Below, piece after piece: positions 1 to 13,010 of a stretch of 64,000 bases of DNA. Each line of letters begins with the position of its first letter. Position 1 is the first letter of the stretch. The notes beneath the pieces were generated by a model. The model was given only the letters and a program-made list of their open reading frames with translations, was not told the origin of the DNA and searched no databases. This DNA comes from Vicugna vicugna (Eukaryota), in assembly GCA_013265495.1 (NCBI GenBank), contig MU057865.1, positions 992,001-1,056,000 on the forward strand, given 5' to 3'. The translations under genes and the position numbers were made by a program.

Positions 1-319
1 AATCCATTTTAGGTCTAAATAAAATCTAGAAGCAGTCTCTAGTGCCATATACTGTGCAAATTGTTCTTGCCTCTTTTCATTACATATGTAGTATCTGTGT
101 GTAAATGATGATAATGAAGATGTGTAGGAGAATTTAGGCTGCATTATTAGAAATTAGAAAAGTATGATGTCCAGGAAAAAGCTTGCATTTGCTCAACATT
201 CATAGTTGCTGGCACAACATTTAGATTATCTTATTTAATTCTGGATGATAAAATTTAAGAGTGATATTGACCAACTTTGATGCACAAGCAGGAGTCCCTT
301 AGTTTGGGGTGGACATAAA

Positions 320-960
320 ACCTTGCCATATGAGTAGTTTAACAAATTTGGCATTTTATACTTTGAGAGAGTCGGGTAGACGACATAGCTGTCTTCAAAC
401 ATTTGAAAGACTGTCATGTAGCAGAAGAAAAACATGAATTCTGTGTGGCCTAGCAAGGCGTATTAGAGCCAAAGAGTAGAAGTTACAGGGGAGAGAGAGA
501 GAAGGGTTCCAGGATCACCCTCAGAGTAAGGGAGGCCAGCAGTGCCAGTCAGAGGGCATGTGGGGACAGGTTGTCGGGGAGAGGAATCCTGGGAACACAA
601 GGCAAGAGAGAGGGACCACGATGACACCTGTCAGAAGGAGGGATACTGGAAAAAACCCTCAGAGAGATGGACGCTAGGAATAGGTCATCAGAGAGGGATG
701 CTGGGAATGCAAAGAAAGAATGAGGAATGTTGGGAACACTTGTCAGACAGAAGAATGAGGAAAAGTCACAGTGGAAAGAATCCAAGGCTATACCACTTGA
801 CTTTTTGAGAAAAAAGGCATGTTGATCTTAGCAGGTACTGAGTATTTTGTTAGAGGTATTCAAAACAACCCGTGAAATGACATGTTAGAAGGATTCAGTC
901 CCTCAGTGGAGGATGGAGTTCGATAATCCATGATACCTTCTGACACTGCATCCATAATTA
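320..960 (+). mobile_element. L3/CR1 LINE 3' remnant in two collinear pieces (~320-492 and ~832-960), split by a degenerate tandem array
   Basis: CATAGCTGTCTTCAAACATTTGAAAGACTGTCATGTAG...TTCTGTGTGGCC...GAAGTTACAGGGG resembles the L3 ORF2 end. GAGGTATTCAAA...GATACCTTCTGACACTGCATCCATAATT resembles the L3 3' terminus (recalled consensus). Confidence 0.65.
515..772. repeat. Degenerate minisatellite, ~9 units of ~28 bp (approximate consensus CYTGTCAGAGAGAGGRATGCTGGGAA)
   Basis: TCAGA...GGRAT.CTGGGAA motifs recur at ~27-31 bp spacing, read directly. Confidence 0.55.
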
Positions 961-1869
961 TATAAAAGATCCACTCTCCATCAGTTTCCTAATTTCCATG
1001 ATGATGATTTCAGTCATGCTCAGCACCGATTCAAACCTCAAGGCTTTTGCAACCAGAGCCAACATCTATTTCAAAATTCCAGGGTCCCCCCCCACTTTGA
1101 TTCCCCTAGCTACCATAACTTCCTGTTTTGAAAAGGGGGGAATAACCCAAAGGTACCATACACATCAAAGAGCTCCTGAAATATGACATTTTGATGAGGT
1201 GAGAAGTAAAGCAGTAAGAAACAAGTATGGATTAAACGTCTCCTAAAAAAATGGGTGTTAAAAATTGATGGAACAGCATCTGGCAAACCACACTGAAGAT
1301 TTTGCCAAGCCCCCAGTGTTTGAAATATTCTTTGTTACACTTGACAAAGTCAACCCCGCTGAGTGTCTCAAAAGATATTGCCACTACAGGTTGGCAAAGC
1401 AACCTATAAATACACAGTCCAAGTTTTCAAACAGTTTCTTCAGTCCAGAAACAACAACAACAAAAATACAGTCCAATTTGTTTTGAGTGAAATAGGATTT
1501 CCTGGACTGTTTCCAGTTGGGAGAAATAAATTTGGAAAAACACAGCTTTTGAAAATAGCATTGCTGATATAATTATTGTCTTTCTAATCAATGAAACAAT
1601 CATACTTCAGTTTTGTGTGGTATATGGTGTAGTTACTGGTTTTGTTGCTGTTTTATCCAAAGGGAATATATTGCTTTGTATATACTGTTCTTTCTAAAAC
1701 CACAGCAATACTGTTATGGCCTCCATCCTGCTTCTACCCTTGCTGATTGCGTCCTTTTTTCTCTCTTTTCTTGCATCTTCTATGCTCCCCCTCCAGATCC
1801 ACTGACCCCTCCTCCTATATTCTACATTGTACTCATTTTCCCTTTTATCCTTTTCCTTTTCTGTTGCCT

Positions 1870-2113
1870 GAACTACAGGCATGACAGTAGGGTCTTCAGC
1901 TGCCATATTGTTCTGTGAAGTAAACTTAAGGATGGAAGCCAAGCACTAAGAATGGCAGAGAAGGAATCCTGGTTAATTGGTGACCATGGAGCCACCATAT
2001 TAGTTTTAGACAGGGTCTTCTAAACTCTTTTTATTTGTAAGAAATGTAATATTTCTTTGTTTAAACCACTGTTGAGTTTTCAATTAAACATAGCCACATG
2101 TCAATCTAATTGA
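1870..2113 (+). mobile_element. MLT1-type (ERVL-MaLR) LTR, 3' part
   Basis: GGATGGAAGCCAAGCACTAAGAATGGCAGAG...GGAGCCACCATA...TTGTTTAAACCACTGTT...CTAATTGAT is typical of old MLT1 ends. Confidence 0.65.
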
Positions 2114-2879
2114 TTTATCATTGAGATCAAAAAATATGCTAGAAATAATCCTAACTTATTGTCAAAGTCAACCCAAGTGACTTCCGCTCTGGGAAACACT
2201 CATTGATTACAGAAAATGAGTCACATTCCCCTTTCTCTCTTCCTCTGTGACAACATTTGCAGAAGTATTGTGACTATCGAGCTATTTGTCTCTCTCCCTC
2301 ATTTACTGTAGAGAACTGGTGTACCCAGAGAACTGACAAAGTCACAGAGGGCCTGCATTGCAGGAGGCAATGAGTGTATGCTAAATTAATTCATTAATGG
2401 AAAAGTCTATAGCCCTCTGTTCATGACCCATGTTTAACAGGGAAACCAGCTGTCACAACCAAATTCATGCTATGAGAGCACTGCTTGTGCATCCCAGTTG
2501 TCTCTCTTTCAAGCCTGACCTTTGGAATTACTCCTTTGGACGAATTCCTGAGAGATCTGGGTATTTCAAACAAGAGGTCTCAAGAGAAAGATAAGAAACA
2601 TCCTGTAAAGAAAAGCATGTGAGAAAATAATTGTGATAAAATAGTCTGTGTATTCCAAATTAGTGAAGTATATTACACCGATTGCAGTATGAGTTGTGAA
2701 CATTTCTAGAAAAAGGAAGTTACAAAGAACCGTAAGTGAGTATAAATTTCCCTCTGGAATGTAGGAAGCCAGAGATTTGCTTGAACAGGGGACTGTTGGG
2801 GGTAGGTCTGCATGTTAGATATATGATTCTGTGCATAGAGGATGGATTTGCAAGGGATGAGACATGTGGGAACACCCAG

Positions 2880-3405
2880 TGTCACTGTGTCCAAACTCAT
2901 TCTGCTCGCAGTATGTGTGGTGAGCAACAGGCCAGTAAATTGGGAGATAAGGTGTTGGGGCAAGGGAAAGTGACTTTATTTGGAAAGCCAGGAGACTGAG
3001 GAGATAGCAGACTAATGTCCTGGAGAATCATCTTACCTAAGTCAGAATTCAGACTCCTTTTATACTAAAAGGGGAGGGCATGTAGTTTGTTGTTGCAAAC
3101 TCCTTGGTGTCAGAATCCTTTGTTCTTGCAGCTGTCCATGTAGGTCAGGTCATGGTGTCCCTGTAAACCTCCAAGACACATGTTATTCTCTGTTCTGCTA
3201 CCTTTTATCTCTATATGAATGGAAAAGTGTTACACCCTTAAAGGTCAGAGCTTGAGAAGGGGCTCTCCTGTATATTTCAGGCTATAGGCAACATTCGTTT
3301 ACAAAAGGTGCAGAACCAGCATGACTCAGCACAGGGAAGAGAGCACAAGTTTAGAGCTAAAGGAACAGATCTACTCTGGAGTCAGATTTGTTCTTCCCTC
3401 TTGTA
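2880..3405 (-). mobile_element. Solo ERV1-like LTR
   Basis: Starts with TG at 2880. It has a minus-strand AATAAA (CTTTATTT) and a TATA-like motif (CTTTTATA). A candidate 4-bp TSD CCAG lies at 2876-2879 and 3406-3409. The size (~525 bp) fits an LTR. Confidence 0.75.
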
Positions 3406-4639
3406 CCAGCATTGGAGGGAAAGGGAAACGTTATATCTGTAGTTATAAGGTAAGATGGTTTGTAACAGTCTACTAGCCTATTAAGAAAGTCACCTTTTCT
3501 CCCTGTAACATCGAATATATAGGCAGTTATTAAAAACAAATAAGAATAAGGCAAACAAATCAGCAAAGAAAAACAGAACAGAGTCAAAGCAAAACTTGTA
3601 CAATTTAAACAAATTGGAGGACATCCTAGGGTTTATCTCTTTACGTCTCTGTGTTCTCACACAATCTCAAAATGAAAAAAGAAAGAGCTATGAAGAAATT
3701 TACCCTCATTTATCAAACATAAATAAAAAGTCTAAATTTAAAAACTGATAAAGTTTAACCTCCAAGGTCATCTATTTCAAGTGTCAGATCTGGAACCAGA
3801 AGCAAAATCTTTTGATTCTCAATAAAACCATCTTGCAATGGGTCCTTTGTAGGGTGGGGGCAGAGTGAACTTTTGCAGAGGATGCCAGGAGAAAGTGCTG
3901 ATCTCTTGCTATCTCAGGGGCCAGGCTCCATAAGCTGTAATTGGGTAGATCTGGGACAGCTCTCAATCTTTCCGTCACAGCTGAAGGCGTAGCAAGGCTC
4001 CTCTCTTGACACTGATGATCAGAACTCTAGCAGAGGGCAGCCAGAGGGGCTTTTCTACGCCTCTCCTGAGACAAAGCATAACAGGCCTTCCTGGGCACAA
4101 GGAAGAAAATCCAGCTCATTAAAAAAAAAAAGAAAGAAAGTTTTCTCTGACATTTCCGCCCCCCTCCTTTCACTTTTCCCCTCTTGTCTTCATTTCTCAG
4201 TCTGACCCTCTCATCTCACCTTTGCCCGGAGGGTCAACATAACTTCATGGTTGACACTGATTTTTCTAACAGCAGCAATTTTAACCCAGTAAAAAAATAT
4301 CCCCAAAGCACAAAAGGTATCAAATTAAAGTGTTTCTCCAACAACTTGATACTGTGACTAATTCACAAAGGCATAAAGTGAGGGAGGTGTTGTTTTGTTC
4401 TTGACTTTTATGAAGAAGTCGATGTTCACCTGCCCTTGTCTCACCTCTTAGCTTTTATGAACAATCTTTTTTTTTTTTAATGGGATGTTTCTGAATCAAA
4501 GATTCAAGTCTATGCATTTGTTCTATAGTCTAATATCTGTCTTCATATTTTGGCTGCTGTAACTATCTTTCTACATGGTGCTATGCAAGTGCAGGTTCAC
4601 TCAAAGATCCACATCCCTGCTTTAACTTTAATTTATCAT

Positions 4640-5290
4640 GGAAAAACCTAATCGAAATTATGGAGAATGGTATAATTAGTAACCATGAACTTTCACCTAT
4701 CTTCAACTTTCATCATTTCTCATCCAAAACTCTTGCATCTATACAACTCTCTTTTCCTTTATTCCAAGTCATTTTAAAGCATAACCTAGATATGATATCT
4801 TTTCATCTGTAGATATTTCAATAAAGTTTATCTAAAAATTAAGGAATTTTAAAAGATAAAGAAATTATCTTACAGCTAGGCTATCTAGAAAACTAATAAA
4901 AAGTGCTTCTTATGGTCATAGATGCCAATTATCTTAATAAATATTTAAAATTATATTTATTCAACCCAAATTCAAGAAGAGTCTATTCATTGTGATACTT
5001 GATATATGTCTTTAGTGATCTTCCAATCGATAGATTGATCCTTCATTTTTTTTTATTGGAAATTATTTAAGAAACTGAGTTCCCCATAGTTTGAATTTTG
5101 ATCATCATTTTCCAATATCATGGTTTTGTATTTTCTCTGTCTCCTTCATTTTCTAAAAACTGACCAAGTTTTGGTCAAGAGATTCAATCATATTTAGATC
5201 TGCTCTTTTTGAAAATTTTAGTTGTTTAAGTGGTTTTATGTACTTTCATCAGGAGATGTAATACTCAGTTGTCTTTTTAACATTATGTTT
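4640..5290 (-). mobile_element. Old L1M (L1MC-like) 3' UTR fragment
   Basis: TTTTAAAGCATAACCTAGATATGATATCTTTTCATCTGTAGATATTTCA resembles an antisense L1MC 3' end; highly diverged. Confidence 0.5.
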
Positions 5291-5769
5291 TCTTCCTCCA
5301 TATTGACTTTGTCTACAACCTAGAGTATTTAAATTGTATCAATTTACATTAACATCTCTTGTGACAAAACTTAACTGCTTATTTTACAAATGAATTCTAT
5401 TGCTAACTGTGTTCTCTTCTATAACAATCAAAGAAATGTACATGATGGAGAATGGAGAGGCAGAACTGATAAGGGAGGTCATGAAATAAATATCTTGAAG
5501 GAATTTATACTTCAAATCCTAACTCTTGAGAAAGAAATATGTAACTATAAGTGGTACTGGCAACTCTTAGGTTGGCAGTTGGAAGTGTCTATAGACCATG
5601 CCCGTTGACTGAATCACAGTTCAACTCACACTGTAATTACATACCAAAGGAAAACATCTCTGTGCTGATGTTGAAGATAAAAGTGTTCCATAATGTTGTA
5701 CTTTTGACTACTTGGAAAAAAATACAGACACACACATATACATGCATGCATATAAATTAATGTATGCTT

Positions 5770-6620
5770 CTCATTAAAGTATAGCATACATGAACAAAAC
5801 TATATAAATTATGAGTTTGATGATTTTTTTCTCAATTTGGAAATGTCATGTAGCCAGCATTTAAATCAAAAAACAAAAAAATACAAAGTCAATGTCCATC
5901 TAAATACCTCCCCATACCCCCTGCTAGACCTTATTCTCCTTGCAAGGGTAAACACTATTATGACTTCTTCTAATACCATACACTGTTTTGCTTGTTTTTG
6001 AACTTTATATAAATGGAATCATACATTGTATGCTTTTTGTGTCTCCTTTCCCTTGCTCAACATTTTAATTGCGAAAATAATTTATGATGTTAAGAGTAAT
6101 TGTGTAGTATTTCTGTATGTGTAGTTATAGCAGAACTTATCCATTCTACTCTTGATGGATAATTGAGAATTGGGTTGTCTTTAGTTTTTGTTATTATAAA
6201 TAGTGCTGTAGTAAATACTTCTGACTCTATCATTTGGTGAACAAGTGTATAGATATATTTTAGATATGTACCCAACAGTGAGATTTGTGGACTATAAGAT
6301 AGACATAAGTCCAAGTTTACTAGATATTGTCAAAGGGTTTTTCAAAGATGTTACATAAGTTAGACTTCCACCAGCAGTGTCTGAGAGTGCAAGTTGATTC
6401 ACATCCTCGCCTATTCTTGGTATGACTATTCTGCATTCTAAGCATTCTGGCAAGTTTTCTCTGGCATCACATTAATTTTTTTTCTTTTTCCTGATATCTA
6501 GTAAAGTTAAACCTTTATGTTTACCTCTGTGAAGTGCCTGTTCAAGACTTTTGCCCATTTTACTGTTGAGTTGTCTTTTTTTTTAAATCAATTTTTAAAA
6601 CTTTCTTTTTATGTTGGCAT
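5770..6620 (-). mobile_element. Old L1M (L1MD/ME-like) 3' end
   Basis: TTTTGAACTTTATATAAATGGAATCATAC, TTATCCATTCTACTCTTGATGGA and TTCCACCAGCAGTGTCTGAGAG are standard antisense L1 3' motifs. Confidence 0.8.
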
Positions 6621-9600
6621 TATTTTCTAATCTGGAGTTAAAGAAATATGAGATATTATAAGCAAGAGCAAGAGCATTAGTTCTGTAAGTTTTATCAGTT
6701 TTCACACTGCCAACTTTAGCTGAGCACATTAGCTGTAATTCTAAAACTTTTGTGAAATATTGTTCTTCAGTGATAAAGAGTGTTTGCTTAAGCTTGTGTG
6801 AGCAATTAAAATTTATCCTTAATGGTTTTCAGCAGTTTAATGATTCTACTTTCTTTCTAACCTCACACTCACAATAGAAAATAGTGATCAGAGGCTGGGA
6901 TTATATTTTGGTCCTAACGATTTTTTTTCTTTTGTTCATTTGTATTTTCACTTATAGTCTAAACACCAGAGATCCTAGTTAGCTCTGATGCATCAAATTA
7001 GGTGATACCTAAATCAGAACTATGAATGAAATACAAATCATTAGAATTCATGTCCTTCAGTAAGTTTACAGAACTTTCTTTTCTGATTTATGAAAATAAA
7101 CCAGACAAAAAATATGGGGATAAGCAGATAGGAAATTGTATTTACTGCAACTGCAAGATAGTTGTGTGCCTCAAACATTTATTTCACTTCTCCAGCCTAA
7201 TGCCTTTGTAAGAAAAAAAAAGGATAATAATTTTCTTCTTACACAGTTTGAAAATGATATAATGTAACGTATAGAAGTTACATTTTAATAAAAGTGATAT
7301 TAAATTTTGGGGTGGAATTATTCATCTGACAGGTAATTCATAGCCTTACTGAATGCTGCAGCTAGAATACAGCTTAACAACAGACTATTTTAGAGGTGAG
7401 AAAAATAAAATTTAAATTAAATTAGTCATACAAGGTCTCATTGCTAGTAAATTTCTGAATTGTAAATCTTATCCTCTTCCAAATATTGAATTGTGACTAT
7501 ATCCTCACAGCCTAAATTATCTGATCCAATTTTACTTTTTACTTCCTACTGTAATTTCATAGCCAGAAGAAAAGAAAGGTTAAAGATCGCTGAATTACTC
7601 AGCTTCCCTTATGCAGGAATGTGAGATAGTATAAGGCAAAAGTTTTATGGATGGAGTACAATTATTTTGTTCATTACTCCAGAATCAAGGGAAGAGGAAA
7701 ACGTTCTTGAAAAGAAAAACAAAGAAAGACCAAATGGAATTATTTTATTTTTATTAGCTTGTGTGTCCAGAAGTTATACATGTAAAGTAAGTGATTTGAA
7801 ATGTATAAGATCTTATTCCATTTATTTCATAGATGAGAAAATCAAGCCACTGATAATTAAAGATATGTCCTTATCTTTAATCAGACTCTTAAGGGAAAAG
7901 CCCAAAGACCCCCTAAATCCTAGCTAATTTTTGTGTGGGTGAGTGAGAGAGAGAAATGGGATTAAAAAGCTGGAATGGGAGAGCCCTGCACTGGAATACA
8001 CTGGAGTGACAGTAGCTCCTGTGAGACAGTACTACAGTCACTACAGTGAACAGGGCGCCATCTTCTGTGATATCACAGAGTTTCTGGACATGTGGTTCAA
8101 CAATTAGACTCTTGGAAAATTTGACAAGTGATCATTAATCAAGACTTAGAAGGAAAAAAAAAAAACAAACAGACAACCAAAAAAGCAAAGTCTCAAAGCC
8201 TTGTCCTGCTTTCAGAGGAAGGTACCCCGAAGGAAGGGACACTAGACTCTGATTTAAAGAAGCACAGGGGAGACTAACCCTTCCTGGGGGAACACTGAAT
8301 AGCACAGAAAAGTAATCATGTTGATTAACTCAGTAAATCGATACAAGCAAAGGAGATGAAAGAAGAATTACAATTCTCTTGAAAACTCAGAATGAATTTC
8401 CTCATCAATGTGATATTTTACACTAATGCACTACTGTAAAGATTTGATAGAAGAAATTAAAATCATAGTTATGGAATAATAACAGCAATGGCAAGAACAG
8501 TTCTGGTAGAAGCAGTTTTATTTATTATAATAACAACTTATGTAAATATTGTGAGAGTCTAGAGAACGCTTACCACCAGAATAGATAGAGAGACAGCCAT
8601 CTCTGAAAATAACCTACCTACCTATCAGCAAAGCTGGACGGAGACAAGGAGAATGGGGGCAGCTAGCAACGAGGATGTCTCTCTTCATCCATTGTGTTCC
8701 TTAATGAGGAGAATGATTACATGGGAACTGAACCTGTGATACATATATTCCCATCACTACATGTATAAGTATTTTGTCATCATTTATACATGGGTTTAAT
8801 TGCCTTTTAACACCTGGCATATTGCTTGATTTTTGTTTGTTGGTTTGTTTTTGATCCAGTCCCTTGGGTTCGCATTTATGGGCTAAAATGTCCCATTAAA
8901 ATATTAGCAATCATATATTAGCTACCTGTGTGTCTACCAAAATGCAGATTTAAAGAATGCTGGCTCTAAACTGAATACCCAAAGTGGTCAGCCTTTTTTA
9001 ATATTACAAAGTAGTTACCTCTCTCTCCTTTCTCCATAAAACACAGCTCTCAATAGGTGAGTCAAGTCTTACATTACTATATTACAATCATTTCCTAATA
9101 GGATATAAATCTTTTGGTTTTGAAATACCATTTTAAAGTTGTCATTAAAACATGATAGATTACCGGTTCTTAAGACGTTTAATGACTCAGTGCGAAATTG
9201 ACCCAGTTGCTGGGTTGATAAGGGAGCAACCTATTTATATCTCCTTAATGAACATTAAATGTCTTTCTGGAGTGATGAAGTAGGGGGTAGTAATACAAGA
9301 AGTCTGAAGATGGCAGAGGAAACTGGACATTCCTGTAAGGTCCACGCCCTCCTCTGGGCTCCCACAGCACTCTGTATGTTACAGGCAGGACCTAGTACTT
9401 TGATCATATTCTCAGGGAAATTTATGTATCCCAGGGAGTGGGCAAGTCATCCCTAAATTCAACTAGGCTACACCAGCCTCCCATCGCCAGAATTTGAAAC
9501 CTAAGCAATGTTTTTGAATATTTTCTCCAACTTATTTCCTATATGTAATGAAGCATTAAGTCTCGTCCGTAATACTACCATGATATTACTCCTCTTTTTT

Positions 9601-9639
9601 CTTTTCTTTCAATTCTCACTGTACCTGTCACAATGCAGA

Positions 9640-10180
9640 CATTAGCTCTGCCCTCTACCATTTTTGCAGTCTTATTTTTAACTAGTCTATGGTGTCTTTC
9701 CTCTATCCCACCCATTTTGAATAAAGCAGCCTGGTAAGTCTAATGCCTGACATTGACACCGAGCACATCAGTCCTTGTGCAAAAGCTTTACATTAACTCC
9801 TTGTTGTCTGAAGAGTAAAATTCAAATTCTTGACTATGCATTTCAAGTAATTACACCTCTCCAGCTTCACTTCCCACCGTCCTTTAAGGACCTAGATCAG
9901 TGTATCCAGCTTTCTGTTGTTGTTGTTCAAAAGTACTCAAGGAATGTGCGGCTCCCATCTGTAATGACACCTCACCAAGGCCATTCACTGTCAGAGGGAT
10001 GGGCAAAGAAGATTCAATCACGATTTCTAGAGAGGCGTCTCTCTTCTTCACATCTAACAGATCCCTCTTGCTCATTCCTCCTACCCTTCTCTCTTTCTTC
10101 AAACTTTCTCTTTTTCTGCAGCCTGCAATGATCTTCTCTCTTTTTCTTCCCATCCAAATGTGAGTCTCACTTCAAATGCC
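9640..10180 (+). mobile_element. L2 LINE fragment
   Basis: CATCAGTCCTTGTGCAAAAGCTTTACATTAACTCCTTGTTGTCTGAAGAGTAAAATTCAAATTCTTGAC resembles the L2 ORF2 3' part; pyrimidine-rich. Confidence 0.5.
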
Positions 10181-10370
10181 TCACTGAATGATGAAAATAA
10201 GAAATGTAAAGTCAAGACTACTTAATATAAATTCAATTTTACAAACACTGCCTTGTAAGTTACATTACTGAAATTTTGGTAGAGGCTACTAGCTGTTCAC
10301 CAAAACCTGCTTTCTATTTTGGGGCCCATATAGGTGACATTTCTCAGCTTTTCCAGCATTTAGGCATAAC

Positions 10371-10889
10371 TTAGGCAGGAAAAATGGGGCATGAGAGGAT
10401 GGTCATGTTCCAGGTCTTGGACAAGTCCCTGGGACATACCCCGCCAAGTGAGGGTCCTTGACTTCACATAGGAAAGAATTCAAGAGTGAGCCATCGTAGA
10501 GTGAACGTAAATTTATTCAGAGAGATACAGACACCAAAGACAGAGAGTGTTGACTGTCTCAGCAAGTGAGAGATAGTGACCACAAGGTGCGGGGTTGTTA
10601 GTTTTCAAGGGCTGAGTAACTTCATATGCTAACGAGTGGAGGATGATTTCAAATATTTGGGGAATGGGTGGGGATTCCAAGCAAATGAGCCATCACCCAC
10701 TTTTTGACATTTTATGCTTAGCTTCAGAACCAGCATGGCGCCTGTGGGAGTACCATTTAGTAGCTATTGTATTACAAGGAGTGTGTAATGAAGCACAAGG
10801 TCTACTGGGAGTTGAACCTTGCACCATCTTGGTGCTCACTGCTGTGTCATTCTTTTCATGGTTGTGCCCTGCCCCCTTCCCTCGTCTCA
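10371..10889 (-). mobile_element. Solo ERV1-like LTR, same family as 21118-21772
   Basis: Alignable by eye to 21118-21772 (GGGTCCTTGRCTTCACAYAGGAAAGAATTCAA; GGGTGGGGATTCC; CCATCTTGG). Ends GTCTCA. No TSD visible. Confidence 0.8.
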
Positions 10890-11069
10890 GGAGTAGGTAA
10901 CTAAGTATCTCACAAGGAATGTAAACAGATAATGCTTTGTCCCACTTCCAGATCTAGAAAACCTTCCAGATACGTTTCTCTTTGCACTGTCTTTCTCTGC
11001 TCTGCTCCTCTGCCAGTGAGCAGAGGAAGATGACAATGGGAGAGTGTCTAGAAGGCAGGAGTTGGAAAG

Positions 11070-11111
11070 TGTGTGTCAGCTGGGGTTCTCTAGAGAAATA
11101 GAATAAGCATC

Positions 11112-11149
<38 letters not shown>

Positions 11150-11521
11150 TATATATATGTTTATATTTTCTATAAATGAATATCTGCATATACAATTATT
11201 TATTTCAAGGAATTGGCTCATGCCATTGTGGGAGCTGGCTAGTCTGGAATTAGTGGGCAGGTCTACAGGCTGGAAACTGCAGTAGATGCTCCAGTCTTGA
11301 GGCAGAAATGTCTTCCCCTTCAGGGACAACTCACTTTTGCCCTTAAGGTCTTTCCACTGATTAGATGAAACCCAACACTTACAGATGATAATCTCCTTTA
11401 GTTAGCTGATGGTAGATGCTAGCCATATCTACAAAGCACCTTCACAACAGCACCTAGACTAGTGTTGGACTGAGTAAGTGGACAGTATAGCCTAGCCAAG
11501 CTGACCCATAAAATTATTTCA
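11070..11521 (-). mobile_element. MLT2D-like ERVL solo LTR with internal (TA)n(CA)n microsatellite (~11112-11158)
   Basis: GGGTTCTCTAGAGAAA...AAGGAATTGGCTCATG...CAGGCTGGAAACT...CCTTCACAACAGCACCTAGACTAGTGTT...TATAGCCTAGCCAAGCTGAC matches recalled antisense MLT2D. Confidence 0.85.
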
Positions 11522-12879
11522 GACTTCCTGCATGACTGTGTGAAATTGGGCTCCCCTGATCATCTTAATCTGGGCACACACACAGAAATGTTACATCCGG
11601 AAGAGCTGAAAGTTTGTTTTAAGCCAGTGACGTTTTAAGATTTGTTACCTCAACTAAACCCACTCTGAAGAGAACACAAAATATTGCTAGATAGAAACCT
11701 TACCAGGCCTGCTTCAAAGAATAGACAAAAGTAGCTTGTGATTAAGCATTAGATGTTGACATGCTAGTAAATTTTACTCTGAGGTTGAAGTTGGTTTATT
11801 ATCTATAGCAAGTTAAACACTTGTTAAAACGTGGATGGTGCTTTAATTTGCCCAAGACGAACGCATTTTTCATGGTACTCTTTAAAGGTGAATACCCACC
11901 AAGCTTCATTTTGGATTATCACCTCCTTGAAATTAGTGGAGTGAATTTTACTGAGGTTTTAAAAATGTTGTGATTTTGGATTAAATGTTTCCAGAAGGGA
12001 GATAGCTATTAGCTTGGCCCTAAACTCTCGACGTAGTTCCTCAAGCAGCTGAAGGGGCAAAGATGCAGTAGTCATGTGGTTTTAGAATATAAACCTGAAA
12101 ATTACAGAGGCAACTGCTTGCTTGATTTGGTTGATATTCAGCCAAAATCTACGAGCTCATAGTCACTGGCATTAACTATATTTACTACCACCAGCATGAA
12201 ATTCAAATCATTCAGTGTGTGGCCCTAATAATGCTCCTTTATGACTAGGGGCTGCTTCTTCAACATTATTTCCACCTAATTTATAATCAAGATGTTCAAT
12301 TAATAATTTCTGCACTTTACGCAGTGTTAAGTCAGCTGAAAAATATGTGATTTTTCCACTTTTCATTTTTCACAATGCTGAGGAATGCATAATAACCTGA
12401 CAAAATGGGGATGCCAGGAAAGCAACGATTATTAACAGACTAATGGGAAAAGGAAAGGGTTTTAACAGAAACGCTGAAAAGTTGATTGAGTTCTGTAAAA
12501 ATGGAAAGGCACAAAACTCTTGCAAAAAATAAAGCAGCCACGTCTACCAGATTTTTTTAAAAAATACTTATTAAAGATTCCTTTGGAAAGGAAAACTGAT
12601 CCAGATAGGAAGGGCAGTCACCTCTTTTGGTAATTTCTCCATGGAATCTGCCAGAAATCTGCTGAAACCCCTTCATTTGTCTTGACTCTGTCCGTGTTTA
12701 TCCTCATCATTGTTGTTACTTCCTCCATCCCCCATCTTGGATGTATTTTTCTACATTTTTAGGTTGACCAGTTAACCAATATTAATCGAGTTTAATTCAG
12801 TTCATTATTTGACCAATACAAACATAAACTGTTTCTCTCAGTGCTAAAGGAATGAAAGGAGAAGGTATAACAATTTTTG

Positions 12880-13010
12880 TAGTTATGGTTACCGTTTCGC
12901 TGTGCTAAACTGCCTCACCTGCACTTATTTTATTGAATTCTCATAATTCTATAAGGTAGATACTAACAGAATTCTATGAAAGTGAAGATTCAGAAAAGTT
13001 ACATTTAAGC
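12880..13010 (-). mobile_element. MIR SINE fragment
   Basis: TTGAATTCTCATAATTCTATAAGGTAGATACT...GAAAGTGAAGATTCAGAAAAGTTA resembles the antisense MIR core. Confidence 0.55.

Larger units (their letters stand above)
10277..11677 (+). mobile_element. Old MLT1 LTR (host), interrupted by two later LTR insertions
   Basis: Three collinear MLT1-like pieces: 10277-10370, 10890-11069 (AACTAAGT...GGAATGTAAACAGA...CCACTTCCAG) and 11522-11677 (TTTAAGCCAGTGACGTTTTAAGATTTGTTAC). Confidence 0.65.
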
